A stretch of 64,000 nt of DNA from Amoebophrya sp. A120 (GCA_905178155.1 CAJINV010000002.1:4326108-4390107), one strand, 5' to 3'; shown: positions 39,401 through 53,143, counted from the stretch's first letter. Numbers and translations are program-made. The notes: generated by a model not told the origin, from the sequence alone.

Positions 39401-42400
39401 CGAAGAACGCAACACAAAGTAGTAGCGCAGATATTTCTCATGCTTGGCTGTGCATCTGCGTTACAGAGCATTCACTACTCCCAACGCAGCATTACAAGTT
39501 TCCAGACCCAGACATATTTGCAATGCATATAGACTACTGCCAGACGAAAATCCCAACGGAAAGACTGGACGCTTTGTACAATGCCGGGGTGAGTTTGAAA
39601 TGCCTCTTGCTAGAAGCACTAGCGGAGACCGCGCCGATGGTCGCCGGGTTACACCCCATCAACATGCTATGGGTGTGTCAGGATTGAAATCGACAAAGCT
39701 GAAATAGTGATAACTTGTAATGCAAAAAATGCATGAAAGTTGTAACCCAGTTTCCATGTGGCGCATGAGAAATTTGGGTAGAGCCGAAATCCAGTTTGTC
39801 ATGCTGTTTGGGTAAGGAAGACGCCTTTTGTCGTGCTACTTTAGCAGCTCTATTTCTACCCCGCAACAGGCTTACACTTACAGTCTGCCTTCCTTGCCTA
39901 CTCTGCAAGACAGGCACCCTGTGGGTTGCATTTTATGCATGACAAACTATTTGTTCAACTTTGACGATTTCGATCCTGACGCCTCCATACATGCGGTCCC
40001 CGAGTCGGTCGAAGGCCGCGGGGGCGGATATGAATTGCAAAAGCATCGCACTAGTGTAAAACTGCAATACAAATTAGCGCAGCATGACAAAGGGAATTTG
40101 TCATGCTGTTTTGCCTTGGAGTGGATTACTATCTATTATATTCATGCGAAAAAAGAGGTCTACAGAGGGTCGAAGGGAGGTGGCCGAGAGGTCAAAAAGA
40201 GGTCGACAGAGGTCCAAAAGAGGTCGACAGAGGTGGAGGGGTGGCGCGGGAGGTCGTTCGGGAGGGTGGCCGAGAGGTGGCGCGGGTATAGCCAGCCGAA
40301 CCGTTCACCCTAAAGCCGCGCCTATGGGGCCCGGAGGTGGCCGAGAGGGTCCCGAGAGGGTAAGCGAGAGGGGGACAGGGGTGCCGAGAGGTTGCGCGAA
40401 TAAGGAGGAACCTCCCGCACACCCTCTGGGCCACCTCTCGTCCACCTCTGTAGACCTCTACCGGCGAGTATAGCCGGACTATTAGCAACACCTCTCGGAA
40501 GAGGTGAAAAAGAGGGTCTGCGAGAGGGGTAAAAAAACCCGAATCCGCTCGGCGCAGAGCTGTTTTTTTGCGGCCTTTTCATGCATAGGCCGGCCCGAAC
40601 CCTCTCGCGCTACCGTCTCGCGCACCCTCTCGCGCACCCTCTCGCGCCACCCTCTCGCGCCGCCCTCTCGCGCTACGGCCACCCTCTCGCGCCGGGCGGC
40701 TTCTGTTCGCCCCCGGTGTTCTTTGCAGCTGCCCCGTGCGCAGGGCGCCCACAGGCGCGGGAAGCGCGCAAGTGGCCCTGCGGGTTGGCGCGGCGCAAAC
40801 AGGCGGCAGGACTCCAGTATGTTTCGTCGTGCATTATATTAGGCCCGTGGCATTATGGTCCGATCGGCAAACAGTCTTGCCCCGGCCCAACAGCCTTGCG
40901 CTCCGGCGGCAGCCGGAGCATGGCTGGTACTTGTAATGCATGACTGCGATTACAACTACGAGTGCGATGCTTTTGCATTTGATAGCGGGGAACCAGTCGC
41001 AGTTGGACTTGCAGCAGCTGTACCGAGACCAGGCTTTAGCGGTGGCGAAAGCTTTGCTGCCGGAAGATCACCCGTTGGTCGCATATTGCGAGGAGCTGGC
41101 TTTGCGGAACGCGTACGAGCAGCGCAGCCCGGTGAAGAAGAGTTTATCAGGTATGCTTACTTAGCATTTTGAGGCTGAGTTGTAGATCGCTCAAATGCTA
41201 GTATCTTCATCTTTTGTGTTTTTGTGATGATGATCATTTCTATTTCACAAATATTCAAGCCGTTTGCAGTGTGCACGCACAAATGTACTAGGCGTTGCTT
41301 CTGTACGGGCAGCACGCAAAACTGCAAGTTTGGAGTTATAAACTAGCACTTGATGCAACTACGTGTAGTTAGGTGAAACTCAAACGTACATGATCAGGCG
41401 CTGCGACCACTTACACTTCTCTTTACTCCTCCACCAATTCCGGCGGCCCCCGGGCGATCAGCCCCGACGCGCCGAAAAAGGTGAAGCGGGAGGAACTAGA
41501 ATGCAGCACGATGACCGACCCAATCTTTGACGACTTGCGGTCGGCGGGGGCACAGTCGCTCGAAAACGTCCCCACCGTCACATACGGGTATGATTTAGTC
41601 GAGATGGACCAATTGCAGGGGAACACAAATTATGCATTGCAAAAGTATCGTACTCATAGTAAAAATCGCATTCATGCATATACTTACAAATTTCCTTCTC
41701 AAGCTAAATCCGCATTAGAAATTTCATTTCTCATGCTGAGGAAATTTGTAATGCAATTTATACTAAGTGCGATGCTTTTGCATTGCATACGAATTTAAAC
41801 CAATCCAAAGACAAAGATTCCGGATCATCTGCCGACGAGCACACGAATAAGGCCATGGCCGGGTTCTACTCGGGGCAGCCAACAACCCCGGGCGTGCAGT
41901 ATTCCGTCCCCATCCCGGCTTTTGCGGATTTGATGGAAGCGAGCTCCGTTGAGTTTTTAACGGAAGAAGAGGGGGGCGCGGGAGGTGGCGAAGGTGCACC
42001 TGCGGGCGGGAGTAAAGCGCCGAGTATCTATGCACTGCAAAAGTATCGTACTCGTACTAGTTGCAGTTGTGCATTACAAATTTCTTTTCCAAGCTAAATC
42101 AGCATGACAAATTCCATTTGTAATGCTGAGCTACTTTGTCTTGGAATACTACGAGTACGATACTCTAACTCTTGCAGTGCATAGTATCCGGTCCGCGACA
42201 ACGAGACTGAGCTCCGAAATCGAGAATGAGAGGATGCGGAAAACGAAAGCGATGAAAATGGAGGAAAAGGGGCCGTTTTACACGGAAAATCCGTTCAAAG
42301 ATTTCACGGACTACAATTTAAGCAAAAAGCCGCACTACGAATCGCCGAACTACTACAAAGAAGAAGGGGACAAGTACGATTTTTTTGCAGCTGCTTTCAT

Positions 42401-44336
42401 GATCTTCCCAAGCGTGGTGTCCTCCAGCTACTAGAACTGATTCCAACCTTACACGACAGACAGCATTTCTGATTTTTCTACATTGTTTTTTGCATATTTA
42501 TCAGCATTCAATCATACCAGGCTCGACTACCTCTCCCGCAATCACCGCTCCCTCGTCAACAATTACGACCAAGACGAGCTCTTTTACTACCGATTGCAGT
42601 GTACCGCTTGGGGACACAAGGTGCGACGGAGGAGGCTGGTAGAACTGCAGAAGCTGCGGGTGAGCAGTCAGGGAAGGGAGAGAATAGTGAAGGAAATGGA
42701 CAAACACGAGGGAATTAAACCGAAGCAGATCGAGCAGGATGGTATTAATAAATGTGATTCTGCACGTAGTTGTACCGTTTTGTTTGTCTCCTGATCGTTG
42801 TCCTGTTGTGTAGCAAGATAATTTAGCATTGTTTCTCATGCCACCTGCAATAGCATGACAAATTTCTCTTTCCAACAAAACCTACTTTCAGTCCGCATGA
42901 CCACGACGGAAATCCGGAATTCCATGCGGAGCATGGCCCAAGTTCTTCCGTCGGTCAAGACGCATATTCAGCGGGGCGACAGGATCAAGGAATCAGAGAA
43001 GGTATCAAGTGCAAATATGTTTGGGTCTGGATGAGTGCAGGAGTTTGCCATGCTTGTCTGGCATGACTCATAGATAAGTCTGTGATGCGTGAACAGAAAG
43101 AGGGCCTCTTGCCTGTTATGCAAAAATACAATTTTCCATGCGGAAAACAAAACACACTAGCAACTCAAATGTTTGTCTTGCTTGGCTGCGTATAATTGGA
43201 GTGCGCCCGCTACTCACATTTTAGCATCGCAAGTTTATTCCCGACCCAGATCGATATTTGCAATGCATAGAAGGAAAGGCTGATTCATTTGATGATGACG
43301 ACGAGGATCAGGAAAAACGCTTCCGACGCGGACTACATCCTCCGGATGAAACATATGCAAGAAAAAAACCGTGTAAGTGTAAATCTGTGATGCAGAAAAT
43401 GCAAAACAGTTACACTTGTCATGCTCGACACGCATGGTCGGCTCGCTTCCTATGTGTTTTCCCTTTGAATCTGCGCATCACAAGTTTTTCTTGTCATGGC
43501 AGACAAACTTGTGATGCTGTTTTCCCAAAAGATTTACACTAACACAGTTTTTTTCTTGGATAAAACACATGAAGGAACCACTGAAGAAAATTTGGATGGA
43601 ATTTGTCAACGTATTTTTTTTTTCTAGACGAGGCTACCCACTTTCTTGAAAGAACTTGCTTGTCATGTATACATGCGCTTGCAAGGCCTGATTTGTGATG
43701 CTTGTTTTCATGCTGAACCAGTGTTAGTGTTGTGATTTACAAAAAAACCTATCTATCAGACCCGCAAGCGTGAGACCGGGATTCACATCAAATTCCACCG
43801 AGTGCAGGAAGACATCAACATATCGCAAGAAAAAACTGTTTCACTGTTAACTTGTAATGCAAAAAATGCATCTCAGAAGTGCTTGTCTTGCTAAACATGC
43901 AAGAAAGCGCACTCTTGGCCGTGTTTTCCCTTGGCAACCTCGCATGGCAAATTTTTCCTGTCATGTAGAGCAAGCTTGTGATGCAAAACTCGCCAAATCG
44001 TTACAGTGAACAAACACTTTTTTCGTGCGATACAACAAGGTTCGCAAAGCCCACGCTGGCATGGGGAAACATAAACCCGGGACTCAGTCGGATTCGGCAC
44101 TTGGGAGCTTGACGAAGAAGGAAAAGGAAATGGAGCAGGCGAAATTACCCGGCCAAGATTTACCGCCACCCTCCTCGTTTTTGGACTACCGATACCGAGA
44201 TTACCGGCCGAAGGGAAGCTGGGCGGTTGATTTCCAAAAAACTGCGTATGCCGAGGAGGAAAAGAGACGGGCGAAGGAGGGGCTGCCACCGCTGGAGAAA
44301 GGGGCGGTGCTGCGCATGCGGAATGATAGCAAGTAA
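36415..44336 (+). CDS. Large protein with TPR-like helical repeats (~1242 aa)
   Basis: 13 introners plus 4 GT-AG introns (41151-41397, 42374-42520, 42742-42891, 43611-43759) give 3729 nt in frame. TPR-like segments: PEVALRYLSMGL and LYRDQALAVAKALLPEDHPLVA. Confidence 0.65.
37581..37789. mobile_element. Introner family C
   Basis: Family C TIR; DR GCGAC. Confidence 0.9.
37860..38007. mobile_element. Introner family E
   Basis: TATCCACAGAAAAAA / TTTTTTCCGGGGATG; DR CAGGC. Confidence 0.85.
38572..38733. mobile_element. Introner family B (diverged)
   Basis: TATGCACTGCAAA / TTTGCAATGCATA; DR ACCTT/ACCTC. Confidence 0.85.
38807..39015. mobile_element. Introner family C
   Basis: TATCGCAAGAAAAAACTGTTTCACTGTAA TIR; DR GATTT. 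Confidence 0.9.
39038..39202. mobile_element. Introner family B (old, diverged)
   Basis: Degenerate B TIRs; DR GCGCG/GTCCG; frame restored. Confidence 0.7.
39268..39529. mobile_element. Introner family A
   Basis: Family A TIR; DR TAGAC. Confidence 0.9.
39668..39989. mobile_element. Introner family D
   Basis: Family D TIR; DR CATGC. Confidence 0.9.
40029..40984. mobile_element. Introner family B carrying ~800-bp nested GC-rich insertion
   Basis: B left arm ~40029-40126 and right arm ~40928-40984; DR GCGGA/GCGGG. Confidence 0.85.
41631..41789. mobile_element. Introner family B
   Basis: Family B TIR; DR CAAAT/CGAAT. Confidence 0.85.
42029..42183. mobile_element. Introner family B
   Basis: Family B TIR; DR GTATC. 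Confidence 0.9.
43003..43269. mobile_element. Introner family A
   Basis: Family A TIR; DR GAAGG (GT-AG reading possible). Confidence 0.85.
43354..43562. mobile_element. Introner family C
   Basis: Family C TIR; DR AAACA. Confidence 0.9.
43821..44032. mobile_element. Introner family C
   Basis: Family C TIR, close to 38807; DR CAACA. Confidence 0.9.
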
Positions 44337-45678
44337 TTTGTAGTTGTTACAACTTTCGCAGGACTACCTGTACCTGACCGCGAAGAACAAGCTCTGGGTG
44401 GTCATGATGGAGTGAGTAGCGGTTTGCAAGAACAACCAGGGGCGAGCAACCAGGGTTCCTGATCTTCCAATCTGTTTCGATTGCCGGTGTGCCAGCTGAG
44501 CTATGCCGAAATGAGCAGAAGAAAATATGTATAGATTCGTTATTTAATTGACATCCTCACAACAAGTTTTCACAACAAGAAATCCAAGATGTAGTTTCTA
44601 GATCTAGACAAAATTCCTTGTAAATTAGGCACAGATATTAATTTTTCCTTGTGTTTAATTCTGTCTGAAATTGAAAATGACCGACTCTTGTATAATCTTG
44701 AACAGGCAAGAACAAAAATAAGCAGAACAGCAGCAGTTCCTTGCTGAGGATCTTTTCTTCTATTGCTAAACCTTGTACCAATTTGACAATAACATGAAAA
44801 GTGAACGATTCAAATATAACTGGCCTTGCGGAGATGGAATCTAAGAATCTTCACATTGCGACAACTCCTACTAGAGATAGCGCTTGGCAGCCAAATTTCA
44901 ATTTTGGTATAATAGAAAACTGAAAATGCACGACCTCCTACCCCCGACGTCTATGAAAATGAAAATCTCTCACTCTCAGACTGCACCCACCAGTGGCTGC
45001 GACAGCACACGCCTAGGTGGTGCCTTGTTTTATGAAACAGGCATGAACGTGAATAGGTGAGATGGTGGAAAACAAGAAGAACAGTTCGAATAGATCCGTC
45101 TGCCATGGCAAGTATGTGCTCAAGGTCGGTTCTAGCACAGATCTGCCAGTTCTTCTGATGGCTTTGATCATTTTCATTTTCATTACATACAACAACGAGA
45201 TCCCTGCTGTACAGTCTAAGCTACAAGTTCGCAAGGATCATCAGGTGTCGTGCAGGTGGATCCATGTGTACCAGATGATCTAGTAGATCTTGATCTGGCA
45301 TTTTCCATTTCCTTCGCTGAATCTCAACATGCTTTCCTGCTCTCATTATGTTTGTTTACAGCGGATTGTTGATTTGCTTTCGACAGTAAAATTGTTTCAC
45401 CGCAAGCACGACTAGCTGTTGTGATTGAATAACTTTGCACTCCCAAAAGGTACTAAGAAGTTCTAGGTAACTTGTGTCACGGCCGCTATGGACCGTTTTT
45501 CACATCGATTCTTGACCGTGGAGCACATTATTAAGGAGATGAAACTACCATCGATGTAACTACTACAACACCTTTAGTAAAATCTACTGCTCTAAAAATA
45601 TTAATTCTGGAAGCTCCTGCAGCCCAGCAGAAGTAGTATCACCCCGAAATAAGAACCTCCCAATCCCATATCAAAGAA

Positions 45679-48600
45679 ATGAAGTTTCTTAACGATGGCG
45701 ATGTGTCCTTTTTGGACCTCGAGAAGCTGATGTTTGAGGGCGGGGTGAAAAAGCCAGGCCATCTTATAACCCGCTCAGGTGTTACAATCTCAAACGTTAC
45801 AATAGAATATGGAAATCTGTGACGCAAGAGTGCATGATCTAGCCAGCCCTCATAGGATTGCGCATGACAAGTTCCGGAGCCCCGAACCCCACTACAATCT
45901 GGCAAAATTTGTATTGCAGAAAATGGAACGCGCTGCGATTCTGTCATGCTCGGCATGCAACACAAATTCCAGATTCTATGGTAACCGATTTGAGATTGCA
46001 ACACCTGAGCGGGTTATACATCTACAGAAGCGCCGCAAAGTCGAGATGAAATATCCTGTGCAAAAGTATCGTACTCGTATAAATGCATTACAAATTTCCT
46101 CAGCATGAGAAAGAAAATTTGTAATGCGAATTTACGATAAGAAAAAGATTTGTAATGCAAGACTTGCATTTATTATACGAGTGCGATACTTTTGCACAGG
46201 ATATGAAAATAAGTGGCACAACTCCGAAAAACTACAGCAACACGACGTCATCTTCAAAAGCTGCTACTGGGGCTGCAAGCAGCTCTTGTAACAAATTTCA
46301 GAACAACAATCTCGGGCTAAGCGAATTGCCCATCGGAAGTAGCAGCTGCAACAAGAGCAATGCGGAAAATAAGAGAAAATCGTCCTGTGCTCTTGATGGA
46401 CCTCCACAGGATGTGAATAAAACTGACGGCGCGCTCGAAGGCCAAGATGACGAGACTGCTCAAGGCAACCACCGGAAGAGCACCTCCGACCACCAGAAAG
46501 ACAACACTGTAACTTCCACGGCGGCGGGGACCCCCGCCTCCGATTTCTTCCTCCACCGCGAGCAAAATCGGAAGGTGTACGATCTGACCGACCCCAGCGC
46601 TTTGGTGCAGAAGGGGGAAAAGGTCGGGTGGCTTGCCGTGCGTGCGGACAAACGGGAGGAGTTGGAGACGGTGAGTAGAAAATTGTCCGCGACGAGCTCG
46701 TTTGATAACAAGGACAATGTTGAACAGCAACAAAGTCTTCACGTTTTTAACAAGAGCCAGTCTTTCGATCAGGAAGGAAACGTGAACCCCCACGGAGTAG
46801 TAACTACTGCTCCTCCTGCGCGAGCGTCTCTTGGTTCAACAGGATCCGAACAGCAGAACAATAATCGCCATGACGCGGCTAGTAGTACACCAGCAGCAGG
46901 AGCTTCTAGCACATCGGATAAAAATCACGATCTCGGCTGCCAAAACGTGGACGATTTGTCTCCGACCAGCCGATATGAATTCATTGCAAAAATGTCCATG
47001 TCGTACTAGTCCATTAATCGCAAGCATGCAAGACAAATCTCGTTCCTAAGGTAAATCAGCACGACAAGTTTTTTCATTCGTAAAAATGGTGAGCAAATTT
47101 GTATTGCAAAAATCACTACTAGCACGATGATACTTTTGCAATTCATAGCTGTGCGGTGTACGAACAGCGGAAAAAGACCGAGGAGAACATGGAGCTCACG
47201 GCCGTCGTCTCCAACGTGCACCGCCACGCGACGCGGGACGTATCCTGGGTAAAAACATCCCCACCCCATAGTTGTCATGCTGATTTGCGATTACAGGAAA
47301 ATCTGTAATGCGCATCTCTAAGGCGGGCATTTGTTCCAATCGCGTTCTGGAATTTGTAATGCTGCAAACAGGATAAGCAGATGGATTTGTGATGCGGTTG
47401 TCCCTGCTAACATGCACGACTACACTGCGGACTGCAACTTTTCATGCGTGGCTCCTAAAACTTCTGGATCTGTATTGCTAAGTTCCCAACTTGACTATGG
47501 GAAGATGGGGACGTTTTTACATATGATAGGACGAGGTCCGGAATTATTTCACGGAGAAATGCGGCAAGGTTGCCGACATCCGGTTCGTGCCCGGACGGGG
47601 CATGTTTTCCATCGCGTGTATCCAGTTTGAAGACCGCCAGGGAATTGAAAAAGCGATCCACGGCTTGGCGGATCCGATGATTAAGGGCTATCGTGTGACC
47701 ATCAAATCCTCGGTCCAAATCCGGCAGGACTTGCAGAAGGGGAAAACGCGGGCAGAGGTGCTGGAGAAGATCAATTTCCAAAATCCGGTGAAATCCATGT
47801 TGGAAGGCCCGAACGACCCGAATATCGCCGCGCGGAACCGGGGCTTCGGGATTTACAACGATACCATTTCCTTCGAGGAAAAACGAAAATGGGAGCAACA
47901 GCGGTCCTGGCAAGAGGCCTACTGTTACAAACAAGAGTATATGAAGTGCAAATACGTCTGGGTCTAGAAAAGTGGAACTTGTAATGCGTGTCTTGCATTC
48001 CTGGACAATCTGTGTTGCATGAGCAGCAAAAGAGGAGCTTCCTTTGTCATGCAAAAACGCGATTTGTAATGCGTATTAGGCATCAACAGGCGTCTTAAAA
48101 ACTTGTCATGCTTGACTGCCATTGCAAGCGCTTCAATCATGCGCAACTCAGCATCACAAGTTTCCAGACCCAGACATATTTGCATTTGATAGAGTACAGC
48201 TCGAATCCGGGCCTGAAGCCGATCGGTGTCAATCCCCCGCCGCCGCCGGTTTATTCAGTGCAAATATGTCTGGGTCTGGAAGGATGCAATTTGTGATGCT
48301 GGATTTGGATTCTAGAATAAATCTGTATTGCATGAACAGCGAAAGAGGTGGTCCAAGCTTTGCCATGGCGAGAGGACATTTCTGATGCGCTATAGGCATC
48401 AGGAAGCTCTCCTAAAATCTGTGATGCTAGGGCATCTATCAGAGACAACAGGACTCATGTAAAATGTGCATGACAATAAACCTTGCATTCTTCCAGACCC
48501 AGACATCGTTGCATTTGATACGGCTCTTGGAACGTCGACGATGAAAAACCACAGTGACAAAAAATCCGAGACGGATGGTATCGTAAGGAAAAATGCCCCC

Positions 48601-51600
48601 ACCCCCGAACTTGGGAGCATTTGTATTGCAAACCTTTCCAAACGAAACATTCGCCCTCTTGCATCTATCAGCATGACAAATTTCCCATTCTGAATAGCGC
48701 AAATTTGTGATGCAAAGGAGCCCAACAGCAGGCGGATCCCTGATGCAAAAGATACCTTGCGCCCCTAGATTCTGCGTCAGAAATGCTTGCGCTCCTTTCA
48801 TGCAAGACAAAAGCCTCTCATTTGGAAACTTTGCATGAGAAACTTTTGCAAATTCGGGGCTGGGGGCACTTTTCATTGTAATAGATGGTGAGGGGAATGA
48901 AACTGTCGCCACTTTAGCGGAGAAGGAAAGACTGAAAAATTTGACCAACCTATCCTGAGCAAAAACCTACCCACACCAGAGTTGTATATGCAAATCAGCA
49001 TGCTGAAAATGTTTCTCATGCGGAGACCCATGAGAAGCATTTTCTAGTGGTGTTGTGAGCTTTGTGATGCCAGAATCCGCATGATATGCTAGATCTGTGA
49101 TGCTGCTGAACTACCTAAACCGGATTACACTACGAGGACACACTTGTCATGCGAAGCAACCAAAGCTGGTTGATTTGTCTAGCAGATTTGCCATCTTGAC
49201 TCTGGTGTGGGTACGTTTTTACTGAGGATACAACCGGATCCGCATCACCAACCTCCCGGCGAATTTCGACAATAAAAACAAGCACAAATGTATCCAAGAA
49301 AAAAACTGTGTAAGTGTAACTTTGTAGGAAGAGCAGCATCACAAATTCGTTTTGCAATACAGGGAAAAGAACCTGTCATGCGCAGCTAGTACGCGAAAAC
49401 ACGTACGAAAGTAGCCTATGACGCAGATCCAGCATGACAAGCGCAACAGTTTTGCATTTCCTGCATCACAGACTTGTTACACTCACATAGTTTTTGTCTT
49501 GCATAAAATGTCTCTTAGAGTGGTTCCAACGGTTTGGGGAAATGGAATCCGTCGTGGATAAAACCGTGAAAGAGCACAAATTTCAAGATTTACTCGAGAT
49601 CACCTTCAAAACGGTTCAGGCCGCAACCGACGCGACCGAGTGCATGAACGGCTTCGAGTATTTTGGGGAAATGTTGAAGGTGATGCAAGCGCACAAGGTC
49701 CCCTTAGTCCCCCCGCCAGGGGTGGTCATTGGGGAAGACGGGGGCGAGACAAACACGAACCGCGGGAGTTGCCAGTTTGGAACTTCTACTACTACTTCCA
49801 CGACGGGAGCAGGGGGGAGTAGTGGTACTGGTGCGAGTGTTGAAGTCGTTGGACCTCCACAAGTAGCATCTACTTTGTCAGCTGCACATCTACACACAAC
49901 CGGCGGACCGATGAGCAATCCTCTGCTCGCAGGCGGCATTGGCGGGAATCCAATACTAAATGCAAGTTCGAAGCACACCGCACCGCCGCCGGCTGGTGGA
50001 GCACCAGGATCGACATCACAAGGTGGGACCGCGGGCGGTGCGCCTCGTGTATACAACAACCCGGTAACCGGTTCGGTTGCACAACCGTACGTCAACAATC
50101 CGCACAACCTTATCAAAAAATGCAAATATGTCTGGGTCTGAAACGATGCAAGGTCTGCCACGCACATTTTGCATGACTGCTGACGTCTGTGATGCATGCA
50201 CTAGCAGCACAGATTTTGTGGGGGCTTTCTGATGCGGATACAGCATGAGAAAAACTGGACGACCTGTTTTGGTTTTGCTGTTCATGCAATACAGATTTTT
50301 GCAGTATCCAGATACAGCAACAGCAACACAAGTTACATCCTTCCAGACCCAGCAGACACATATTTGCAATGCATAAACCTCCCAACAGTCCAATATGTCA
50401 ACGGGCGTCCGGTCTACAATAACAACGGTCGGCCCGTTCACGCAAGCTCCGGCGCGGTCACGGGGTTACACCAATTTCGTCCGCCGGTTCCCCTGTATAA
50501 CTCGGCCGCTGGGAGGGCGAATGCGCATGGAGGTAGCAGCAATAGCACTTCGACTTCTCATCTCGGACAACAACAGCAAGAACTTGGAGGGACTTCTAAA
50601 ACAACCGGCAATCATCATGCGCCGCAGACCTACGGGCAACTGAACCCCAATGCTAGTAATGCTCCGCCACGCGGTGGGGTTGGGGTTCCTGGTCGGAATC
50701 CGGGTGTTGGTTTCGGGATGTTGAACAATTCTGATCAACAACAACATCAGCACCACGCGGCCAACAACAACTTCAGACTGCCGGGCCAGGGACCGTGGAC
50801 GGGCGAGGGTATGCACAGTAGTTTCCGATGAATCTGTCGAGCGATAATCAAATATCCGTGGTTGTGTCTTGGTGTACAACATCTGTGCTTGTTTTCTACT
50901 TGCACTGATTTTTACACTATGCCGAGTTTCGAACGAATATCTTTGTTTAGTGCATGAAGTTGAAGTAGATGTGCGACTGGTGTGCTACTCCGGTGGTGCT
51001 CCCACTTCGAAATTGGTTCACTTTTCCTACAAGTGGCCTTTGTTCCTAGTTGCATTTGCTGTCATCTTCTAGTTCTTGACAAGGATTCTTGTTCTTTCTA
51101 GGCAACAGGTACTTCTGTGCAACATGGAGGTTGTTTTTTTTCTATCTCATGGTCGTGTGCAGCTAAACCTGGAGCACTTCTACACTCGACGGATTTGTTG
51201 GAGACTTGCATGAAAGCGGGGGGAATCTACTGTGGCTGGCATCTATGAAATGCAAAAGTATCGTACTCGTATAAATACATTACAAATTATTTCCTCAGCA
51301 TGAGAAATAAAATTTTGTAATGCGGATTTACCTTAAAAAAAAGATTTGTAATGCATGACTGCAATAATACGAGTGCGATACTTTTGCACAGGATAGCATC
51401 AGCATGGTGCTGGCGGAGGTTCTTCTCGCTTCAACCCGAAAGGTGTTTTCGGATATTACGGAGGTGCTGGTGGTCCGCTCAGGAGCTGTAGTAAGGGCGG
51501 CGCGTCAGCGTCGGATCCGGATGCTTGTCATCAACATCATCATCCGTATGATCGCAGCCCCTATCACAATAACTTCGGGCGACTAGGAATGAATGCGAAT

Positions 51601-52093
51601 GATCTACTTCCTGCCGGAAAAGGACCATTAGGAGGACAACAACAAACCGAGATCAACATGACGTCTAAGCGCAAGAACAACTTCCATTTGAACTGTAGCG
51701 GTTTATGCATTGCAAAAGTATCGTACTCGTATAAATGCATATACAAATTATTTCCGCAGCATGAGAAATGAAATTTGTAATGCGGAATTACCTTGAGAAC
51801 AGGATTTGTAATGCATGACTGCAGTACGAGTACGATACTTTTGCACAGGATACGGCTTCCGACCCGCGGATGATTGGGACCTCTTGCGGCATATCCTGTG
51901 CAAAAGTATCGCACTCGTAGTAATTATTGCAATTATGCATGATAAATCTTTTTCTCAAGGTAAATCAGCATGAGAAATTTCATTTGTAATGCTGAGCAAA
52001 TTTGTCATGCAATTTATTATATATACTAGTACGATACTTTTGCACTCCATACGGCAGCGGAAAGGTGGAGTCTTGCGCTACGAAGATCGTTGA
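45679..52093 (+). CDS. RNA-binding protein with two RRM domains and Gly/Pro/Asn-rich tail
   Basis: RRM1 TAVVSNVHRHATRDEVRNYFTEKCGKVADIRFV...IACIQFED; RRM2 RIRITNLPANFD...WFQRFGEMESV...MNGFEYFGEMLKV. Frame verified to 50831. Extension to TGA 52091-52093 is inferred from 3 further frame-preserving introners and a probable GT intron at 50809 whose acceptor is uncertain. Confidence 0.7.
45765..46018. mobile_element. Introner family F-related, long near-perfect TIR
   Basis: TATAACCCGCTCAGGTGTTACAATCTCAAA / TTTGAGATTGCAACACCTGAGCGGGTTATA; DR CATCT. Confidence 0.9.
46052..46203. mobile_element. Introner family B
   Basis: Family B TIR; DR TGAAA. Confidence 0.9.
46974..47147. mobile_element. Introner family B (diverged)
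   Basis: Degenerate B TIR; DR GCCGA/GCTGT; frame restored into RRM1. Confidence 0.7.
47241..47528. mobile_element. Introner family J
   Basis: GTAAAAACATCCCCA / TGGGGACGTTTTTAC TIR; DR GGACG. Confidence 0.9.
47940..48191. mobile_element. Introner family A
   Basis: Family A TIR; DR GAGTA. Confidence 0.9.
48252..48520. mobile_element. Introner family A
   Basis: Family A TIR; DR CGGTT/CGGCT. Confidence 0.85.
48579..48883. mobile_element. Introner family H
   Basis: Family H TIR; DR GATGG. Confidence 0.9.
48951..49230. mobile_element. Introner family J
   Basis: AAAAACCTACCCACACCAGAGT / ACTCTGGTGTGGGTACGTTTTT; DR CAACC. Confidence 0.9.
49291..49505. mobile_element. Introner family C
   Basis: Family C TIR; DR AAATG. 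Confidence 0.9.
50111..50375. mobile_element. Introner family A
   Basis: Family A TIR; DR AACCT. Confidence 0.9.
51244..51395. mobile_element. Introner family B
   Basis: Family B TIR; DR GCATC. Confidence 0.9.
51704..51852. mobile_element. Introner family B
   Basis: Family B TIR; DR CGGTT/CGGCT. Confidence 0.85.
51892..52051. mobile_element. Introner family B
   Basis: Family B TIR; DR CGGCA. Confidence 0.9.
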
Positions 52094-53143
52094 TCATAAT
52101 TCTCTCCACTAGGTGCAGCTAGAGGTAGTCGTAGCAGCTGCCGAGATGTTGACCACAGTAGAATTTGAATTTACGAAGATGAAAATCCGTAGTCGTGGTC
52201 CTGGAGCAGGAAAATTATCAGGAACGGAAGATAGAAGAAGAAGAAGAACAAAAAATACCGGCCGCCGTAGATAAGTTTCACGTACAACGATCAAGGCATC
52301 TCTTCTGGACGTACACGTACCTAGTAGAGGTTTACTGATACTGTTTCACCAGTACCCTGAAGCTGAATCTGGAAAAATTCTTGTTGCGCCACAGGATAGT
52401 TCGTCTTCGCTTGGCCTAGGAATAAAGGCAGGAACACTTCTACAATTACAACGTACAGAAAATGATGAAAGGTTGAGAAAATTTTTTTAGTGATGATACT
52501 GAAGTGCAATTTTCTGGCTTCTCCCCTGGCGCTGGAAAATGTTCGATATCGATATTTTCATTTCAAAGTTGTGCAAACGCACCAAAAACCCTCCTATCAC
52601 ATCAACCCATGCATCGTCACCAGAAAAAAGGTCGCACCAAACTCCGAACAAAAACAAGCTACAGCTCGCCATTATTTTTTTTCGTGGGCGTTTTCCTGTT
52701 GAGGCTGTGGTCCTCAGCCACCGACCCACAGACACAGTGTTGCATCTCGTTCTGAATCTGATATCAACCTGGCGTTTTCCATCTGATCGAATACGAATTT
52801 GATCCTAATGTAATTAGGGCGCGACTGATAAATGTGTCTTCTTTTTGCGATCGTTCTTCGTTTTCCATCTTCGCTTTGTTCGTCGAATATCGTCATGCAG
52901 CTCTGTTCTTCTGTTCTTCGTATTGAAAAGTCAGTGTTGGTGTCCACCTTGTCTCTCTCAGCGATCGACTTTTAGTACTAGAGCGACAATCTTGATACAA
53001 TCTTCATCTTGATTGACTTGAGGACAAGGACAAGCGGCGCTTTGTTCTTTTGTTCGTAGAAGCTCAAGTTTGAGTTTTACTTTCACATTACATCCACATT
53101 TTCTCTCGGCACGGGCACACAGACCGATCCGCTACTCAGCAAG

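Noticed and set aside
53040-53070. Relict dinoflagellate spliced leader near GCTCAAG
   Set aside because: Only the last 7 nt match the 22-nt DinoSL; insufficient.
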